Positions 47,669-58,075 of a stretch of DNA of 64,000 nucleotides are shown one piece after another. The position numbers and the translations under genes are program-made. Under the pieces are notes generated by a model, which worked only from the letters and a program-made list of their open reading frames with translations, was not told where the DNA came from and made no database searches. Source of the DNA: an uncultured virus (IMG/VR IMGVR_UViG_3300021957_003318) (lineage: Duplodnaviria; Heunggongvirae; Uroviricota; Caudoviricetes; Demerecviridae). The stretch lies in IMG/VR virus record IMGVR_UViG_3300021957_003318, one strand, 5' to 3'. Position 1 is the stretch's first letter. Every line of letters starts with the position of its first letter.

Positions 47669-48316
47669 CATTTCGTCATTTAGGTCGGAAAGAATTTTCC
47701 AATGTAGTTTACCTTTTTGTTCCCACTTTTTAACTAGTTTAGCTTCATTAGGATTGTGAGGACTTTTACTTGTTGAGTTTACTGGCATATGCCAACTTGA
47801 TGGATAATCTCCTCCTGTTTTAATCGGTAACTTCTTAGCAAAGAAATCAAAACCAATCAAAGTTATACTCTTACATTTGCACTTCTGCAAGAAAAACAAT
47901 ATACCAAGAAAACCTGCACTCGGTCTACCACCACCAGGTGCTACTCCGTTCTTTGCTCCCACCAATTCAAATATTTTCATTAACTCCTCATCATTAAACA
48001 TATCGTTATCATGTCCCCAAGGAGGCGGACCTCTATGGTCTGGGTATTTGTCGAGGTGTATACGACAGCGATTAAACAGAGGATAAGCGTCTTCAAACGC
48101 AGGATGAAAGTTCATTCGTAACCAGCCCGTAACCCATATGTCTGTACGTTTTCCTATATGTTGTTGCAATTTATCTTCAGGCACTCCTTTTCCAAATCGC
48201 ACAACTGTATCAAAACTCTCTATGTATTCTCCCAAATCATACTGTAGAATTTCGACTGAATTTCCCACAAGTACTATGTTTTTATTTTCTGTTAACTCTT
48301 GTAAAGTTCTACCCAT
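47654..48316 (-). CDS. GT29 (sialyltransferase-like) glycosyltransferase
   Basis: IVLVGNS...IESFDTVVRF...GKRTD (L-motif-like) and PSAG...ITLIGFDF (S-motif-like). Start may be 48355. Confidence 0.75.
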   Translation of the reverse strand: MGRTLQELTENKNIVLVGNSVEILQYDLGEYIESFDTVVRFGKGVPEDKLQQHIGKRTDIWVTGWLRMNFHPAFEDAYPLFNRCRIHLDKYPDHRGPPPWGHDNDMFNDEELMKIFELVGAKNGVAPGGGRPSAGFLGILFFLQKCKCKSITLIGFDFFAKKLPIKTGGDYPSSWHMPVNSTSKSPHNPNEAKLVKKWEQKGKLHWKILSDLNDEMLKFS

Positions 48317-48921
48317 TTTGCTGTCATCTCCGAACATTCGTTTATATTTAACCAAGGCCCACCGTCTGTAAAGTGTAGTGCTTTTGGTTTCTTGAATTTG
48401 TAATAATTTACCATTGCATTATATTGCGCAGGAATTCCCCCTATACTATCTGCCCATCGTAACTCATGCAATGCACCCGCTGGGGCTTGGTTTATATAAT
48501 CATAAGTAAGTTCTGTACACTTAGGATTATTAAAAAGCATAAGACTAGACCAGTACTTTCTAGGGTAACTATGATTTTTCTTGCCTTTCATTTTTTTACT
48601 TTGAACGAGAAAATTAGGATGTTTTACCACATGAACTGTATGTTCATCGGAAAAATAATCCATAACTTCTTCAGGGTCACAGAGCCATAAGAAATCTCCA
48701 TCACAGAATAAAGCTTCGCCTTCGTAGTCACAGAGCTGTGGTACTAGAAAACGAGTAAAGGCAAACTCTGTACTCTCGTTCTGAAAAGGACGAGTATATT
48801 CGGATATTTCCGATTTTTTGAGTGGTATGATTTCATGACTAGAATTGTAACGAAGTATGCTTTTTTTGCATACATCAAACATTTCGGGGTATGCTGATTC
48901 ATACCCAATAAAAATTTTCAT
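48292..48921 (-). CDS. GT-A glycosyltransferase (GT8-like phage family)
   Basis: IFIGYE, STEFAFTRFLVP, FCDGD, YPRKYWSS.MLFN, LHFTDGGPW. Confidence 0.85.
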   Translation of the reverse strand: MKIFIGYESAYPEMFDVCKKSILRYNSSHEIIPLKKSEISEYTRPFQNESTEFAFTRFLVPQLCDYEGEALFCDGDFLWLCDPEEVMDYFSDEHTVHVVKHPNFLVQSKKMKGKKNHSYPRKYWSSLMLFNNPKCTELTYDYINQAPAGALHELRWADSIGGIPAQYNAMVNYYKFKKPKALHFTDGGPWLNINECSEMTAKWVELYKS

Positions 48922-50237
48922 AGTATTATCCTTTTTTGGAAGTAGTGTTCCATTTTATGCTCCATAGGAGTCAGTAAGTATATATTTTTTAAATAAGGAT
49001 TCTTCATAAATGCATAAGTTGCTCCGCTAGGTTTTATGTCAAGTATTAACTTTCTTCCTAATTTAGTCATTTGATCTTCTAATAAATTTATTCTTTGTTT
49101 TAGTTCTTTTCTAGTATCATCGCACATCTTTATATTTTTGTATTCTTCACTAGATGGGTCGAGGTCTTCTATATTAAACTCTTGTGTGATATAGTAATCA
49201 TTTACTTCTTCTGGAATTGCGACTTGTAGTTCGGGTAAATTTGGGTACTCACCTATTTTTCCGTTCTTTACATCTTCTGCCAGTAAATCCATAAATTTTT
49301 TCATCCAATCCATATTAGTCATACCGTTGGATTCTTCTGCTACTATACCTCCATGTATATTGTTATAGACATAGCTACAGGGAACTTCTTTTAATCTTAC
49401 CACATTTAACAGACCTTTAAAGTGTGCTGTTTTTAGTTGTAGATATAGGCGTGTATCTTCTCCTATTCTCATCTCTTCATCAAATCTGTACTCAGCTGCT
49501 TTTCTAGAGTACCATACAGGTCTACAGTGGTTGTCTACCATATGTTGATTAGTAACATGAGAAAAATACTTCTCATTATACTTTCTACATAGCTCGTGCA
49601 TGTCATTTGAATACTTAGCGTATAAGTGGCATACCTTGTCTACACCGCCCATGCTTTTAACTTTTCTACCATAATCTTTTTGGTACTTAGCAGCAAGAGA
49701 TACAAACTTATAGAAAAATTGTAAATCTTTTTTGTAATTAGCAGGTCTGTCTTGGTTGTTCATTATTCGTGTAAAAAAACGCTGACCATACTTAGTAATT
49801 TGTTGAGACCATTGATGATATATTATTATACTATCTGGAGCTTTTTGATTTGCTAGGTTCTTATACAAATCAACCCCATAAGGGGTTAACATGTCGTCTC
49901 CGTCAATTTGTACCATATAGTCATCTTTGGAGTCTAAAAATACTTTAAGTAATTCGTTCTTGCCCTTTCCTGGAGTGTTGTTACATTCCGTTATATGACA
50001 TTCTATTCCCTTACTTATACACCAGTTCTTTACTACTTTATTGTAGCTAGAACTTAGTGTGTTTACTACTACTACTGCATCTTTGCATTGTATGTTTGAC
50101 CACCTAGGATCAAAGTGAACTTTAAGACTTTTGAAGTTGCAATCAGTTTCAGCAACTCTATTATCCCAATCCGTATACCTGCCCGATGCAGTAGTTAATA
50201 TGTAAAATCTAAACTTCTTCTTCACCGACTTCACCAC
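48918..50237 (-). CDS. Putative GT2-like glycosyltransferase
   Basis: VVVVNT, GKGKN, YMVQIDGDD (DxD), FDE.MRIGED. Confidence 0.62.
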   Translation of the reverse strand: MVKSVKKKFRFYILTTASGRYTDWDNRVAETDCNFKSLKVHFDPRWSNIQCKDAVVVVNTLSSSYNKVVKNWCISKGIECHITECNNTPGKGKNELLKVFLDSKDDYMVQIDGDDMLTPYGVDLYKNLANQKAPDSIIIYHQWSQQITKYGQRFFTRIMNNQDRPANYKKDLQFFYKFVSLAAKYQKDYGRKVKSMGGVDKVCHLYAKYSNDMHELCRKYNEKYFSHVTNQHMVDNHCRPVWYSRKAAEYRFDEEMRIGEDTRLYLQLKTAHFKGLLNVVRLKEVPCSYVYNNIHGGIVAEESNGMTNMDWMKKFMDLLAEDVKNGKIGEYPNLPELQVAIPEEVNDYYITQEFNIEDLDPSSEEYKNIKMCDDTRKELKQRINLLEDQMTKLGRKLILDIKPSGATYAFMKNPYLKNIYLLTPMEHKMEHYFQKRIIL

Positions 50238-50424
50238 TTAATTGGTTTCCCAAATCATTAATGTAAGCCTGTCTAGCTGTTTGACAAATAGCTATAAGAT
50301 GTTTACATCTTTCTATCTCTATATCTCCTTGTCCAATGGAAGTAACAATAGCTTTCTGCTCGTCTGTTAACTCATTTATTGGATAGTCAATACCGTCAAT
50401 GTTGATGGTTTGTTCTTTGCTCAT
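50209..50424 (-). CDS. Small hypothetical protein
   Basis: INIDG.DY...LT.EQK; helical C-terminus. Confidence 0.7.
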   Translation of the reverse strand: MSKEQTINIDGIDYPINELTDEQKAIVTSIGQGDIEIERCKHLIAICQTARQAYINDLGNQLSGEVGEEEV

Positions 50425-51383
50425 TTAAATATATCCTGCCAGTTTCCTTGTGTACTTGCCTTAGCATACTCGGTAGCACGGTTTTCAAAAAAGTTGGTAT
50501 GCTCAACTGCGTTTACTTGTACATCAATCCAAGGTAAAGGATTAGCTGTACTGTGAAATATGTTTTTCATGCCTAAACCTAGTAATCTTCTATCCGCTAT
50601 ATAACGAATATACTCTTTTACTTCTTTGGCGGTTAAGTCAGGTATATCTGCTTTATCAAAGCAAATATCAATAAACTTATCCTCTAACTCTACTACTCTT
50701 TCAGCAGCACAATAGATTTCATATTTTAGTTTGTCTGTCCATATCTCTGGATGTTCAGAGATGAACTGTCTAAATAGTTTTGACACAGACTCGACATGTA
50801 ATGTTTCATCACGAATACTCCATGTTACAATCTGTCCCATCCCTTTCATTAGATTATGTCTAGGATAGTTTAATAGTATAGCGAATGATGAGAATAACTG
50901 TACTCCTTCTGTAAACCCACTGTACACTGCCATAGTTTTGGCAATATTATGAGGGTCATTCATATTGAAGTCAGATAGGTACTCATGTTTCTCTACCATC
51001 TCTTGTATATCCATAAACTCTTTATATATACTATCGGATTTACCGAGCGTTTCTAATAAAGATGAATATGCATCTTGGTGCACTGCTTCCATAGCAGCAA
51101 ATGATACTAACATCATTCTTACTTCTGGTGCTTTAAAAGTTGGTAAATAATGTTTAGCATATCCACAGCAAACATCTACGTCTGCTTGTGTAAAAAATCT
51201 AAATATGTTATCTACTAACTGTCTATTATCTTCTGTAAGATTTTGATTATAGTCTTTAATATCATCAGCCATACTTACTTCTTCAGGCATCCAATGCATT
51301 TGTTGTTGTTTTTTGTAGGCTTCAAATGCCCACCCGTAATCAAACGGTTTATAATATTCTCTTTCTTCTAGTAAGTTTGCCAT
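50421..51383 (-). CDS. nrdB: Ribonucleotide reductase class Ia beta subunit
   Basis: W.PEEV, FFTQAD, EAVH..AY (radical Tyr), EG..LFSSF, RDETLH, NFFE. Confidence 0.96.
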   Translation of the reverse strand: MANLLEEREYYKPFDYGWAFEAYKKQQQMHWMPEEVSMADDIKDYNQNLTEDNRQLVDNIFRFFTQADVDVCCGYAKHYLPTFKAPEVRMMLVSFAAMEAVHQDAYSSLLETLGKSDSIYKEFMDIQEMVEKHEYLSDFNMNDPHNIAKTMAVYSGFTEGVQLFSSFAILLNYPRHNLMKGMGQIVTWSIRDETLHVESVSKLFRQFISEHPEIWTDKLKYEIYCAAERVVELEDKFIDICFDKADIPDLTAKEVKEYIRYIADRRLLGLGMKNIFHSTANPLPWIDVQVNAVEHTNFFENRATEYAKASTQGNWQDIFK

Positions 51384-53156
51384 TTATCCCTCGCAACTTA
51401 GACAATCTGATTGCTCAAAAATTATCTCTCTTTTGGCTTGATTAGATACATTATCAGCTCTACTGATAGCTTCACTTCTCAAGTAATATAATGTTTTTAA
51501 ATTTTTTGCCCATGCTAACATATGAACGTTATGTAACTCTCCTTTGTTAACATCAGGCGGGAAAAATAAATTTACACTTTGTGATTGACATATAAACTCT
51601 TGTCTTACAGAAGCATGTTCTATAATCCAAGATTGATTAATTTCAACCGCAGTTTTAAATACATCTCTTTCCCAGTCATCTAGTATATCTAGATGTTGAC
51701 AACTTCCTTTGTTAGCAATAATGCTAGACCAAACTTCGTCGTACATTGCAGGAGTAACTTTTTCTTTTATAATTTTGTCTAAGTATTTATTTTTTACTAA
51801 GTTACTTCCTGTTTTTGTTTTTTGAGTATAAGCATTGGCTCTAAACGGCTCAATACTTGGACTCGTGTTTCCACATATAATACTAGAACTTGCATTAGGA
51901 GCTATAGCTAATAGATGAGCATTTCTTACTGTGCAAGAATCATCATCTGGACAAGCTCCTCTCTCTGTTGCTAATTTTCTAGTGGTTTCATCTGCAAAAG
52001 TTTTTATGTAAGCAAACATTTCTAAATTAATACTGCCTGCCATAGCACTTTCAAATGGAACACCGTTCTGTTGTAAATACGCATGGAAACCCATAGCACC
52101 AAGCCCAATACTTCTCTCCCTGTAAGCACTGAACTTAGCTTTATCAAGCTGACTAGGTGCATTGTCAATAAAGTACGTTAATACATTATCTAACATTCTA
52201 ACTAAGTCAGGTATGAATGAAGGATGATTTTTCCACTCATCATAATACTCTAAATTTACACTAGAAAGACAACATACTGCTGTTCTCTCTTCGTCAGTAG
52301 CAAGAGTAATCTCACTACATAAATTAGAGTGATGAACTTTTAATCCCTTTTTCTTTTGAAACTCAGGTAATCCATTTTGAACTGCATCTTCATACATTAC
52401 ATAAGGTTCTCCTGTTTCAATTCTATTCTGTAGTATCTTTACCCATAAAGCTCTTGCTGAAACAGTTTTCTTTACTTCATTAGAGTGCGGGTCAACCAAA
52501 TCCCAACTATCATCGAAATCAGGATACTTTGAAGCTGAGTGTATGAGCTCCATGAAAGCATCAGATATGACAATCCCGTGGTGAAGGTTAAGGCACTTAC
52601 GGTTCGTGTCACCGCCAGTAGGTTTTCTAACATCTAAGAACTCCTCTATTTCGGGGTGGGAAATATGTAGATACCCTGCGTAACTACCCCGTCTAGTTAC
52701 TCCTTGGCTAAACGCCAACATTTCTGCATCTACAACCTTTACGAAAGGTATAACACCTGTGCTTTCAGAACCTTTAGAAGTCTTACTTCCCATAGATCTT
52801 ACATCACTCCACGTGCCGCCTATACCTCCGCCAAAGGAACTCAAGAACGCATTTTCTACAAAATGGTCTGTTATTCCTTCTCTACTGTCATCTACATAAT
52901 TCAAGAAACAACTTATAGGTAAGCCTCTACGAGTACCTCCATTAGAAAGTACAGGAGTAGCGAACATAAACCATAAATTACTTACATAATCATATAACCT
53001 TTGTGCGTGGTCGTCATCATCTGCAAAAGCCATTGCAGCACGAGCAAAAGCTTCTTGAGGTGACGTCTCATCACCTACCATATATCTATCTTTTAGAGTT
53101 GCTAATGCAAACGTATCTAAAAGACTATCTTTACTAAAATCAATTTTTACTGACAT
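51384..53156 (-). CDS. nrdA: Ribonucleotide reductase class Ia alpha subunit (no ATP cone)
   Basis: ATPVL, ISCF, SNLCSEI, AIAPNASSS, KTLYY, C-terminal CLSCEG. Confidence 0.96.
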   Translation of the reverse strand: MSVKIDFSKDSLLDTFALATLKDRYMVGDETSPQEAFARAAMAFADDDDHAQRLYDYVSNLWFMFATPVLSNGGTRRGLPISCFLNYVDDSREGITDHFVENAFLSSFGGGIGGTWSDVRSMGSKTSKGSESTGVIPFVKVVDAEMLAFSQGVTRRGSYAGYLHISHPEIEEFLDVRKPTGGDTNRKCLNLHHGIVISDAFMELIHSASKYPDFDDSWDLVDPHSNEVKKTVSARALWVKILQNRIETGEPYVMYEDAVQNGLPEFQKKKGLKVHHSNLCSEITLATDEERTAVCCLSSVNLEYYDEWKNHPSFIPDLVRMLDNVLTYFIDNAPSQLDKAKFSAYRERSIGLGAMGFHAYLQQNGVPFESAMAGSINLEMFAYIKTFADETTRKLATERGACPDDDSCTVRNAHLLAIAPNASSSIICGNTSPSIEPFRANAYTQKTKTGSNLVKNKYLDKIIKEKVTPAMYDEVWSSIIANKGSCQHLDILDDWERDVFKTAVEINQSWIIEHASVRQEFICQSQSVNLFFPPDVNKGELHNVHMLAWAKNLKTLYYLRSEAISRADNVSNQAKREIIFEQSDCLSCEG

Positions 53157-53991
53157 AATCTTCTACTAATCCTATAATTTCTTGTGCATGACCTAAGACT
53201 GCTCCGTCTAAGTCATAAGTTAAGTCCATGAGTTTAATACCAACTTCTAACCCTTCACTTCCGAACTCATTTAAGTTCTGAATGAATTTGTATTTTCCTT
53301 CCATTGGCAAACTCGCCATAATATCAAAGATATCTCCATACTGTTGAATAATCTGTGTGGCTCTCTTAGGCCCGATTCCATCAACACCAGGAACGTTATC
53401 TCCTTTATCTCCAGTTAAGCACTTGTATGTTAAAAAGTACTCAGGGTCAAAGTCATAATGCTCGTCCCAGTTTAGGAGTGTTGTTTCTTTTCTAGTAACT
53501 GTAGAAAATCTACTTACGTTACCATCGACTAGTAAATCCCAGTCTCTATCTGATGACACCATCCATATCTCATCGAGACCTAATTGCTCTCGATTCTGTG
53601 TGATAAGTGCGGCTATATCATCAGCCTCTACGCCTGAATACTTTAGTGTAAGATAACCCTTACGAGATAAAGTTTTAAGTGTAGTTGAAAACTCTGCTAA
53701 GAACATTTCAAATTCTTTTGCTTCAGCAGGAGTTTGTTCTGCATATCGTTCTTTACGATTTGCTTTGTACTCTGGATAGATTTCTTTACGATAATTACTA
53801 CCGCCATCGCCTAAGACGACTATCTCTCCACAGTTATAGGACTTTGCAAGGGACTGTACAGTACGAACATATTCATATTCGAAGTCTGTAGTGCCTTGGT
53901 GTTTCCATCGAAAAGCTAGATTGAGTCCATCAACAATCAGTAAGTTCCCGTTCGGGGTCGCTTTTCCATGGTTCATAAATTGTATCGCCAT
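53140..53991 (-). CDS. 5'-3' exonuclease / flap endonuclease (T5 D15-like)
   Basis: IVDGLNL, YKANR, EADD, SSDRDW, GDKGDNVPGVDGIGPKRA. Confidence 0.93.
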   Translation of the reverse strand: MAIQFMNHGKATPNGNLLIVDGLNLAFRWKHQGTTDFEYEYVRTVQSLAKSYNCGEIVVLGDGGSNYRKEIYPEYKANRKERYAEQTPAEAKEFEMFLAEFSTTLKTLSRKGYLTLKYSGVEADDIAALITQNREQLGLDEIWMVSSDRDWDLLVDGNVSRFSTVTRKETTLLNWDEHYDFDPEYFLTYKCLTGDKGDNVPGVDGIGPKRATQIIQQYGDIFDIMASLPMEGKYKFIQNLNEFGSEGLEVGIKLMDLTYDLDGAVLGHAQEIIGLVEDYVSKN

Positions 53992-54418
53992 TTGTAAATT
54001 CCAGGTTTTGTGTTTCTAAAAATTGTTCGGCAAAGGTAACATAGCACCCCAGCCAACTAATATACATATGTTTTTTGTAACATGGCTTTCTTGTCGTTGC
54101 CACGTACCATCGTGAGTGGTTTTCTTTAAATATAAGTAAAGGTTCTTGCTGCATTTGCTCGGCCTGTACTACTAGTTTTTCCCACCAACCCACGAAGGTA
54201 TTACTTTTTTGAGTAAATATCTTGTGATTAAATGCCATATCTCTATAGAATTTAACCTCAATTGTGAATAAATTATCTTTGTGTGGCACCATCAAGTCTC
54301 CCTTTATTTTACCACTACCCGATCCAGGAGTTTGTACAAAAGACTCTCCTGTTATTCTGTGTAGCATATCTGCTACTTTAAGTTCTGCGTTATTTCCTTT
54401 TTGTCTGCTATTAACCAA
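53930..54418 (-). CDS. T5 D14-like Holliday junction resolvase-type nuclease
   Basis: SRQKG..AE, PGSGSG..KGD, IEVK (PD-(D/E)xK). Confidence 0.85.
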   Translation of the reverse strand: MVNSRQKGNNAELKVADMLHRITGESFVQTPGSGSGKIKGDLMVPHKDNLFTIEVKFYRDMAFNHKIFTQKSNTFVGWWEKLVVQAEQMQQEPLLIFKENHSRWYVATTRKPCYKKHMYISWLGCYVTFAEQFLETQNLEFTNGDTIYEPWKSDPERELTDC

Positions 54419-54638
54419 TTAACTTCTCCAACTCTACATAGCCACCGATATGTTTATCGTCTACTAGTATTTGTGGGAAGGTTCTTGCTTCGGGAAACTT
54501 TTCCCTAACGTCAGACGCAGAAAAATCTACGCCAATCATTTTATATGACACCTCTGTTACTTCATCTACATGGTCAGCTAAAAACTTAGCCTTCTTGCAA
54601 TAAGTACAATTTGGTATACTATAAATTTCTACTTTCAT
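54411..54638 (-). CDS. Glutaredoxin
   Basis: CTYC, TFPQI, IGGY. Confidence 0.92.
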   Translation of the reverse strand: MKVEIYSIPNCTYCKKAKFLADHVDEVTEVSYKMIGVDFSASDVREKFPEARTFPQILVDDKHIGGYVELEKLIG

Positions 54639-54658
54639 TTTTTCTCCATAAGATATAT

Positions 54659-54687
54659 ATTATAACAGAAAATAAGTTTCATGTCAA
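54659..54687 (-). promoter_or_regulatory. Sigma70-type promoter (minus strand)
   Basis: Reverse strand TTGACA(54687-54682)-17 bp-TATAAT(54664-54659), TG extension; GGAG SD before the glutaredoxin. Confidence 0.85.
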
Positions 54688-54704
54688 GATATACTTTTGT
54701 GTTG

Positions 54705-56519
54705 CTATTCAAGATAACTAATATTATCCTCTTTTGTAATTTCTATTTTCTCTAGTAATGGGTGAGTCCAACCATGTGATACCATATAAGTATTTAGATT
54801 TTCTTCTTTTAATAATACTTCCACTACTTTTTCTTTTCCAACTTCATCTAAAGCTTGATTTACTTCGTCAAGGAAAAGAACATTGATTTGACTTCTACTA
54901 ATTGAAGTCATTAACTTTCTAATTGATACTAATGTTGCAATATTTACTCTAGCTAACTCGCCGCTAGAAAGAGCAAGAATGTCAATAATATTGCCATTAT
55001 CTGAGACTTCCACATTTAATTTATCGTTCTCCACTACAAAATTGATGGCGAATCTGCCATCGCTAAACTCTGCTAGATATTCGTTTGTAAGAATTTCTAA
55101 CTCTTTTACTAAAGACTCTATTTTGTATGCCAGGAGTCCGTTTGTTGAGAAAGCTTTTTTAAGTGTTTCAAGTATCGCCAATTTGCTTTCTGCACTCTCA
55201 AGTCTAGACTGAGACTCGCTAAGGTCTGTCTCAAATTGGTCTGTTTGCTCTTGAATGATTCCAATTCTCGTATTATGTCTTTCTCTTCTAGTATTCTCAT
55301 CTATGACCTCTTGAAGAGACGACCTAACAGTGGTAATTTTTGCACGAAGTTCCGTAATCTGTTGCTCGACTTCTTCGCCATTAATTGCTTGTTCTGGGAG
55401 CGAATAGTCGATAGACCTGTAGAGGTCCTCCCACTGCTTGATATCTTTCCTTGCTTGTTTATTAATCTCATTCTCTTTCCCTATTCTATCTGTCTTGGCC
55501 TGCTGATCTATCAGCTTTTCCGTTATACTAATCAATTTAGTACTGTGTTTGTCTAATTGACTTGTTACAAACTCTTTGTCTATCTGTTGACTACAGGTAG
55601 GACACTCAGCGTCTGTTTGTGTAGCTAGTTCTTTATATTTAGCTACCATACTTTCCTCATTTAGAGACTCTACTTTAAGTGTTTGTACTTGTCCTAACTC
55701 CTCTATATAAGGCTGTTCTTTTGGAAACCTTTGTAAGTTATTTTTTGCTTTGTCAAGGTCTATAGTTTTTAAGCGTTCTTTGAGATTTTCATTCAGATTT
55801 ATTTTTTTATTCTTTTCCGAGATATTTTCAAAGTCTACTTGTAAAGAACGTAAAGATTGTTCGTCTTCTTCTGACATTTTTGGTAGAATTTTCTTTTCAA
55901 GTATGGAACTATCTTCGAGAATATTATCTTTTAACCATTTCTCAATTGTTGCAATTTTTGCATTCTCACTAGTAATTGTACTTGAAGCAACACGTACTGC
56001 CTCTTTAAATGTATCAAAGTACGCTACATAGTCATCTAACTTTAGCAAGTCAATTAAGAACTTTTTACGGTTCGTATCTGTTGCTGTTAAGAATTGTAAT
56101 GAAGCGTTTGTGTTTTGGTACACTAATTGCGAAAATGTCTTAAAATCAATACCCAGTATTTCCCCGAGTGTTTTGTAAGTGTTTGATGCTGTATGAGAAC
56201 TTATATCCTCGCCATCTTTTGTTAACTTACATTTGAGGTTAGTACGCCTACTAACATCAATACTATATAAGCTATCGTCGACAGTAAAGTCGAGACTAAT
56301 ATCATAACCCTGGTTAACATATCTGTTTGCTATATCTGCCTTTTTAACATTCTTGCTGTTCTTGTTAAATAATACTTCTTCCAATATCAAAGGTATGGAA
56401 GATTTACCTACGCCGTTTGTTCCGACTAGTTGTGTAAGTGTATCTCTGGAAAGGTCTAACTCGTTGCCTTCGCCATATGAGAAACAATTATCCCACTTCA
56501 ACTTCTGAAGAATAATCAT
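54705..56519 (-). CDS. SbcC/Rad50-like recombination ATPase (T5 D13-like)
   Basis: GTNGVGKSS Walker A, CPTC hook, LSSGE signature, LFLDE. Confidence 0.93.
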   Translation of the reverse strand: MIILQKLKWDNCFSYGEGNELDLSRDTLTQLVGTNGVGKSSIPLILEEVLFNKNSKNVKKADIANRYVNQGYDISLDFTVDDSLYSIDVSRRTNLKCKLTKDGEDISSHTASNTYKTLGEILGIDFKTFSQLVYQNTNASLQFLTATDTNRKKFLIDLLKLDDYVAYFDTFKEAVRVASSTITSENAKIATIEKWLKDNILEDSSILEKKILPKMSEEDEQSLRSLQVDFENISEKNKKINLNENLKERLKTIDLDKAKNNLQRFPKEQPYIEELGQVQTLKVESLNEESMVAKYKELATQTDAECPTCSQQIDKEFVTSQLDKHSTKLISITEKLIDQQAKTDRIGKENEINKQARKDIKQWEDLYRSIDYSLPEQAINGEEVEQQITELRAKITTVRSSLQEVIDENTRRERHNTRIGIIQEQTDQFETDLSESQSRLESAESKLAILETLKKAFSTNGLLAYKIESLVKELEILTNEYLAEFSDGRFAINFVVENDKLNVEVSDNGNIIDILALSSGELARVNIATLVSIRKLMTSISRSQINVLFLDEVNQALDEVGKEKVVEVLLKEENLNTYMVSHGWTHPLLEKIEITKEDNISYLE

Positions 56520-57441
56520 TGAATACTCCTATAATGTTTTTTACTTTTTCATCGTCAAGAGACAATATCTCTTGCAAATACTTAATTAATTCGTCCGACA
56601 TAGATAAATCTCCACTTAAATCTAGTCGTGCATCAACTTGTCTATTTACTACTTTCTTATCAAGAAGTTCTGAGTTTTTGACTTTGGCCAAATCCTGTAC
56701 ATCTCCTGTAACTTCGTAAATAGTGTGATGGAATTCTGTTTGTTGCATACCCGCTGGGTCTTCAATAGTCTTTCTTAGTAACTGGGGCAAGTTAAATTCA
56801 TGCCATGTCCAGTCCCAATTGTCGTCTATAATTAGATATCCAGTCTTAACTATATTTCTATGAAATGATGTAGTCATGGGGCTTCCAGGGTATACAATGT
56901 TTCGTTGAGTATTCTCGTGAGCATGTAAGTCTCCTGCAAAAACCGTCTTGAACTTATCAAATCTTTCTAGTTCTACTTCGGGCATAACATGTGGCGGTAT
57001 TTCTCCACGCACATGGGTAAATAGATAATCTGCATCTATATTTTCTATACTATTTTTTCTGTGTAAATCTGCGTAAGGCAGTATACACCAGTCGTCTTTA
57101 TAGTATGTTTCTGTAACCACACTTACTAGTGGGTTAAGTTGATTGGTTACTCTCTTTAAGTTATCAAAGAAAGTCTGATTCTTTCTAGTGGCTTCATGGT
57201 TGCCATCATAGATAATTGTCTCTACTGTTTGTCTTTTTACAAAGTCAAAGTACAGAGTAATCTCATCCATTGAGGGGACTCGGTCAAACAAGTCCCCGCC
57301 AATGATATGAAGAGTTACGTCATGATTATCTACAGCTTCCTGTACTTGTTGAAAGAATAACTCATAGCGAGAGCAAGCCCACGCTACAGGTACATTCTTC
57401 TGTCCAAGTTTAATATGCCAGTCTGCTGTATATAAAATCAT
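56488..57441 (-). CDS. SbcD/Mre11-like nuclease (T5 D12-like)
   Basis: ADWH, GGDLFD, GNHE, GDLH, YPGSP. Confidence 0.93.
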   Translation of the reverse strand: MILYTADWHIKLGQKNVPVAWACSRYELFFQQVQEAVDNHDVTLHIIGGDLFDRVPSMDEITLYFDFVKRQTVETIIYDGNHEATRKNQTFFDNLKRVTNQLNPLVSVVTETYYKDDWCILPYADLHRKNSIENIDADYLFTHVRGEIPPHVMPEVELERFDKFKTVFAGDLHAHENTQRNIVYPGSPMTTSFHRNIVKTGYLIIDDNWDWTWHEFNLPQLLRKTIEDPAGMQQTEFHHTIYEVTGDVQDLAKVKNSELLDKKVVNRQVDARLDLSGDLSMSDELIKYLQEILSLDDEKVKNIIGVFNDYSSEVEVG

Positions 57442-58073
57442 GAAACGTCAAACTCGCTAGATATATCTTCTGATACTTCCCCGCCTTCTTGATTAGTGAC
57501 TCTTCTAAGTAATTCTAACTGCGCATCTGCAGTAGGTCTTACAAGAATTTCATCCATAGACTTAAGTCCTGAAGTCAATTCTTTTTCCCAGTCTTCCAAT
57601 TCTCTCGGCTTACATTTTAAAACTGCTAGTTGATATTCTACGTTGAACACCTGTGGACCAGTTTTCTTTCTTTTGAAATGAATGTCATAACCAGTAACTG
57701 GATCGGTTGGGTCTCCCAACTCTTCCATAGCTACTATAACTTGGTCGAATAACTTTCTTTTTAAATTAAGAACTTTTATAGATTTATCGGCGTAGTCGAT
57801 GCACTGAACGGCATAACTCCATCCACATTTTAAATCAGGGTAAAAGTCTCGAACATGGTCATGTTCTACATTGTTAAAGGTTTCCGCATTTCTATCAAAA
57901 GATAGACACTCCATAGGAATGTTTTTACCGTTTTCCCCTTTAATCCAATACACATATCTAGGTAATAGGTCACCCACCAGTCTTACATGATGGTCTTCTT
58001 TACCTGCGTAGTTATATGTTTCTATTTTATTTTTTTGGGCAGAGCCCTTTGTTGTATTAAAGCCTATAGCCAT
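57438..58073 (-). CDS. T5 D11-like single-stranded DNA-binding protein
   Basis: RLVGD.LPRYVYW, P.ECL.F, LGDPTD..TG.D, NVEYQL; acidic tail; synteny. Confidence 0.82.
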   Translation of the reverse strand: MAIGFNTTKGSAQKNKIETYNYAGKEDHHVRLVGDLLPRYVYWIKGENGKNIPMECLSFDRNAETFNNVEHDHVRDFYPDLKCGWSYAVQCIDYADKSIKVLNLKRKLFDQVIVAMEELGDPTDPVTGYDIHFKRKKTGPQVFNVEYQLAVLKCKPRELEDWEKELTSGLKSMDEILVRPTADAQLELLRRVTNQEGGEVSEDISSEFDVS

Positions 58074-58075
58074 AA

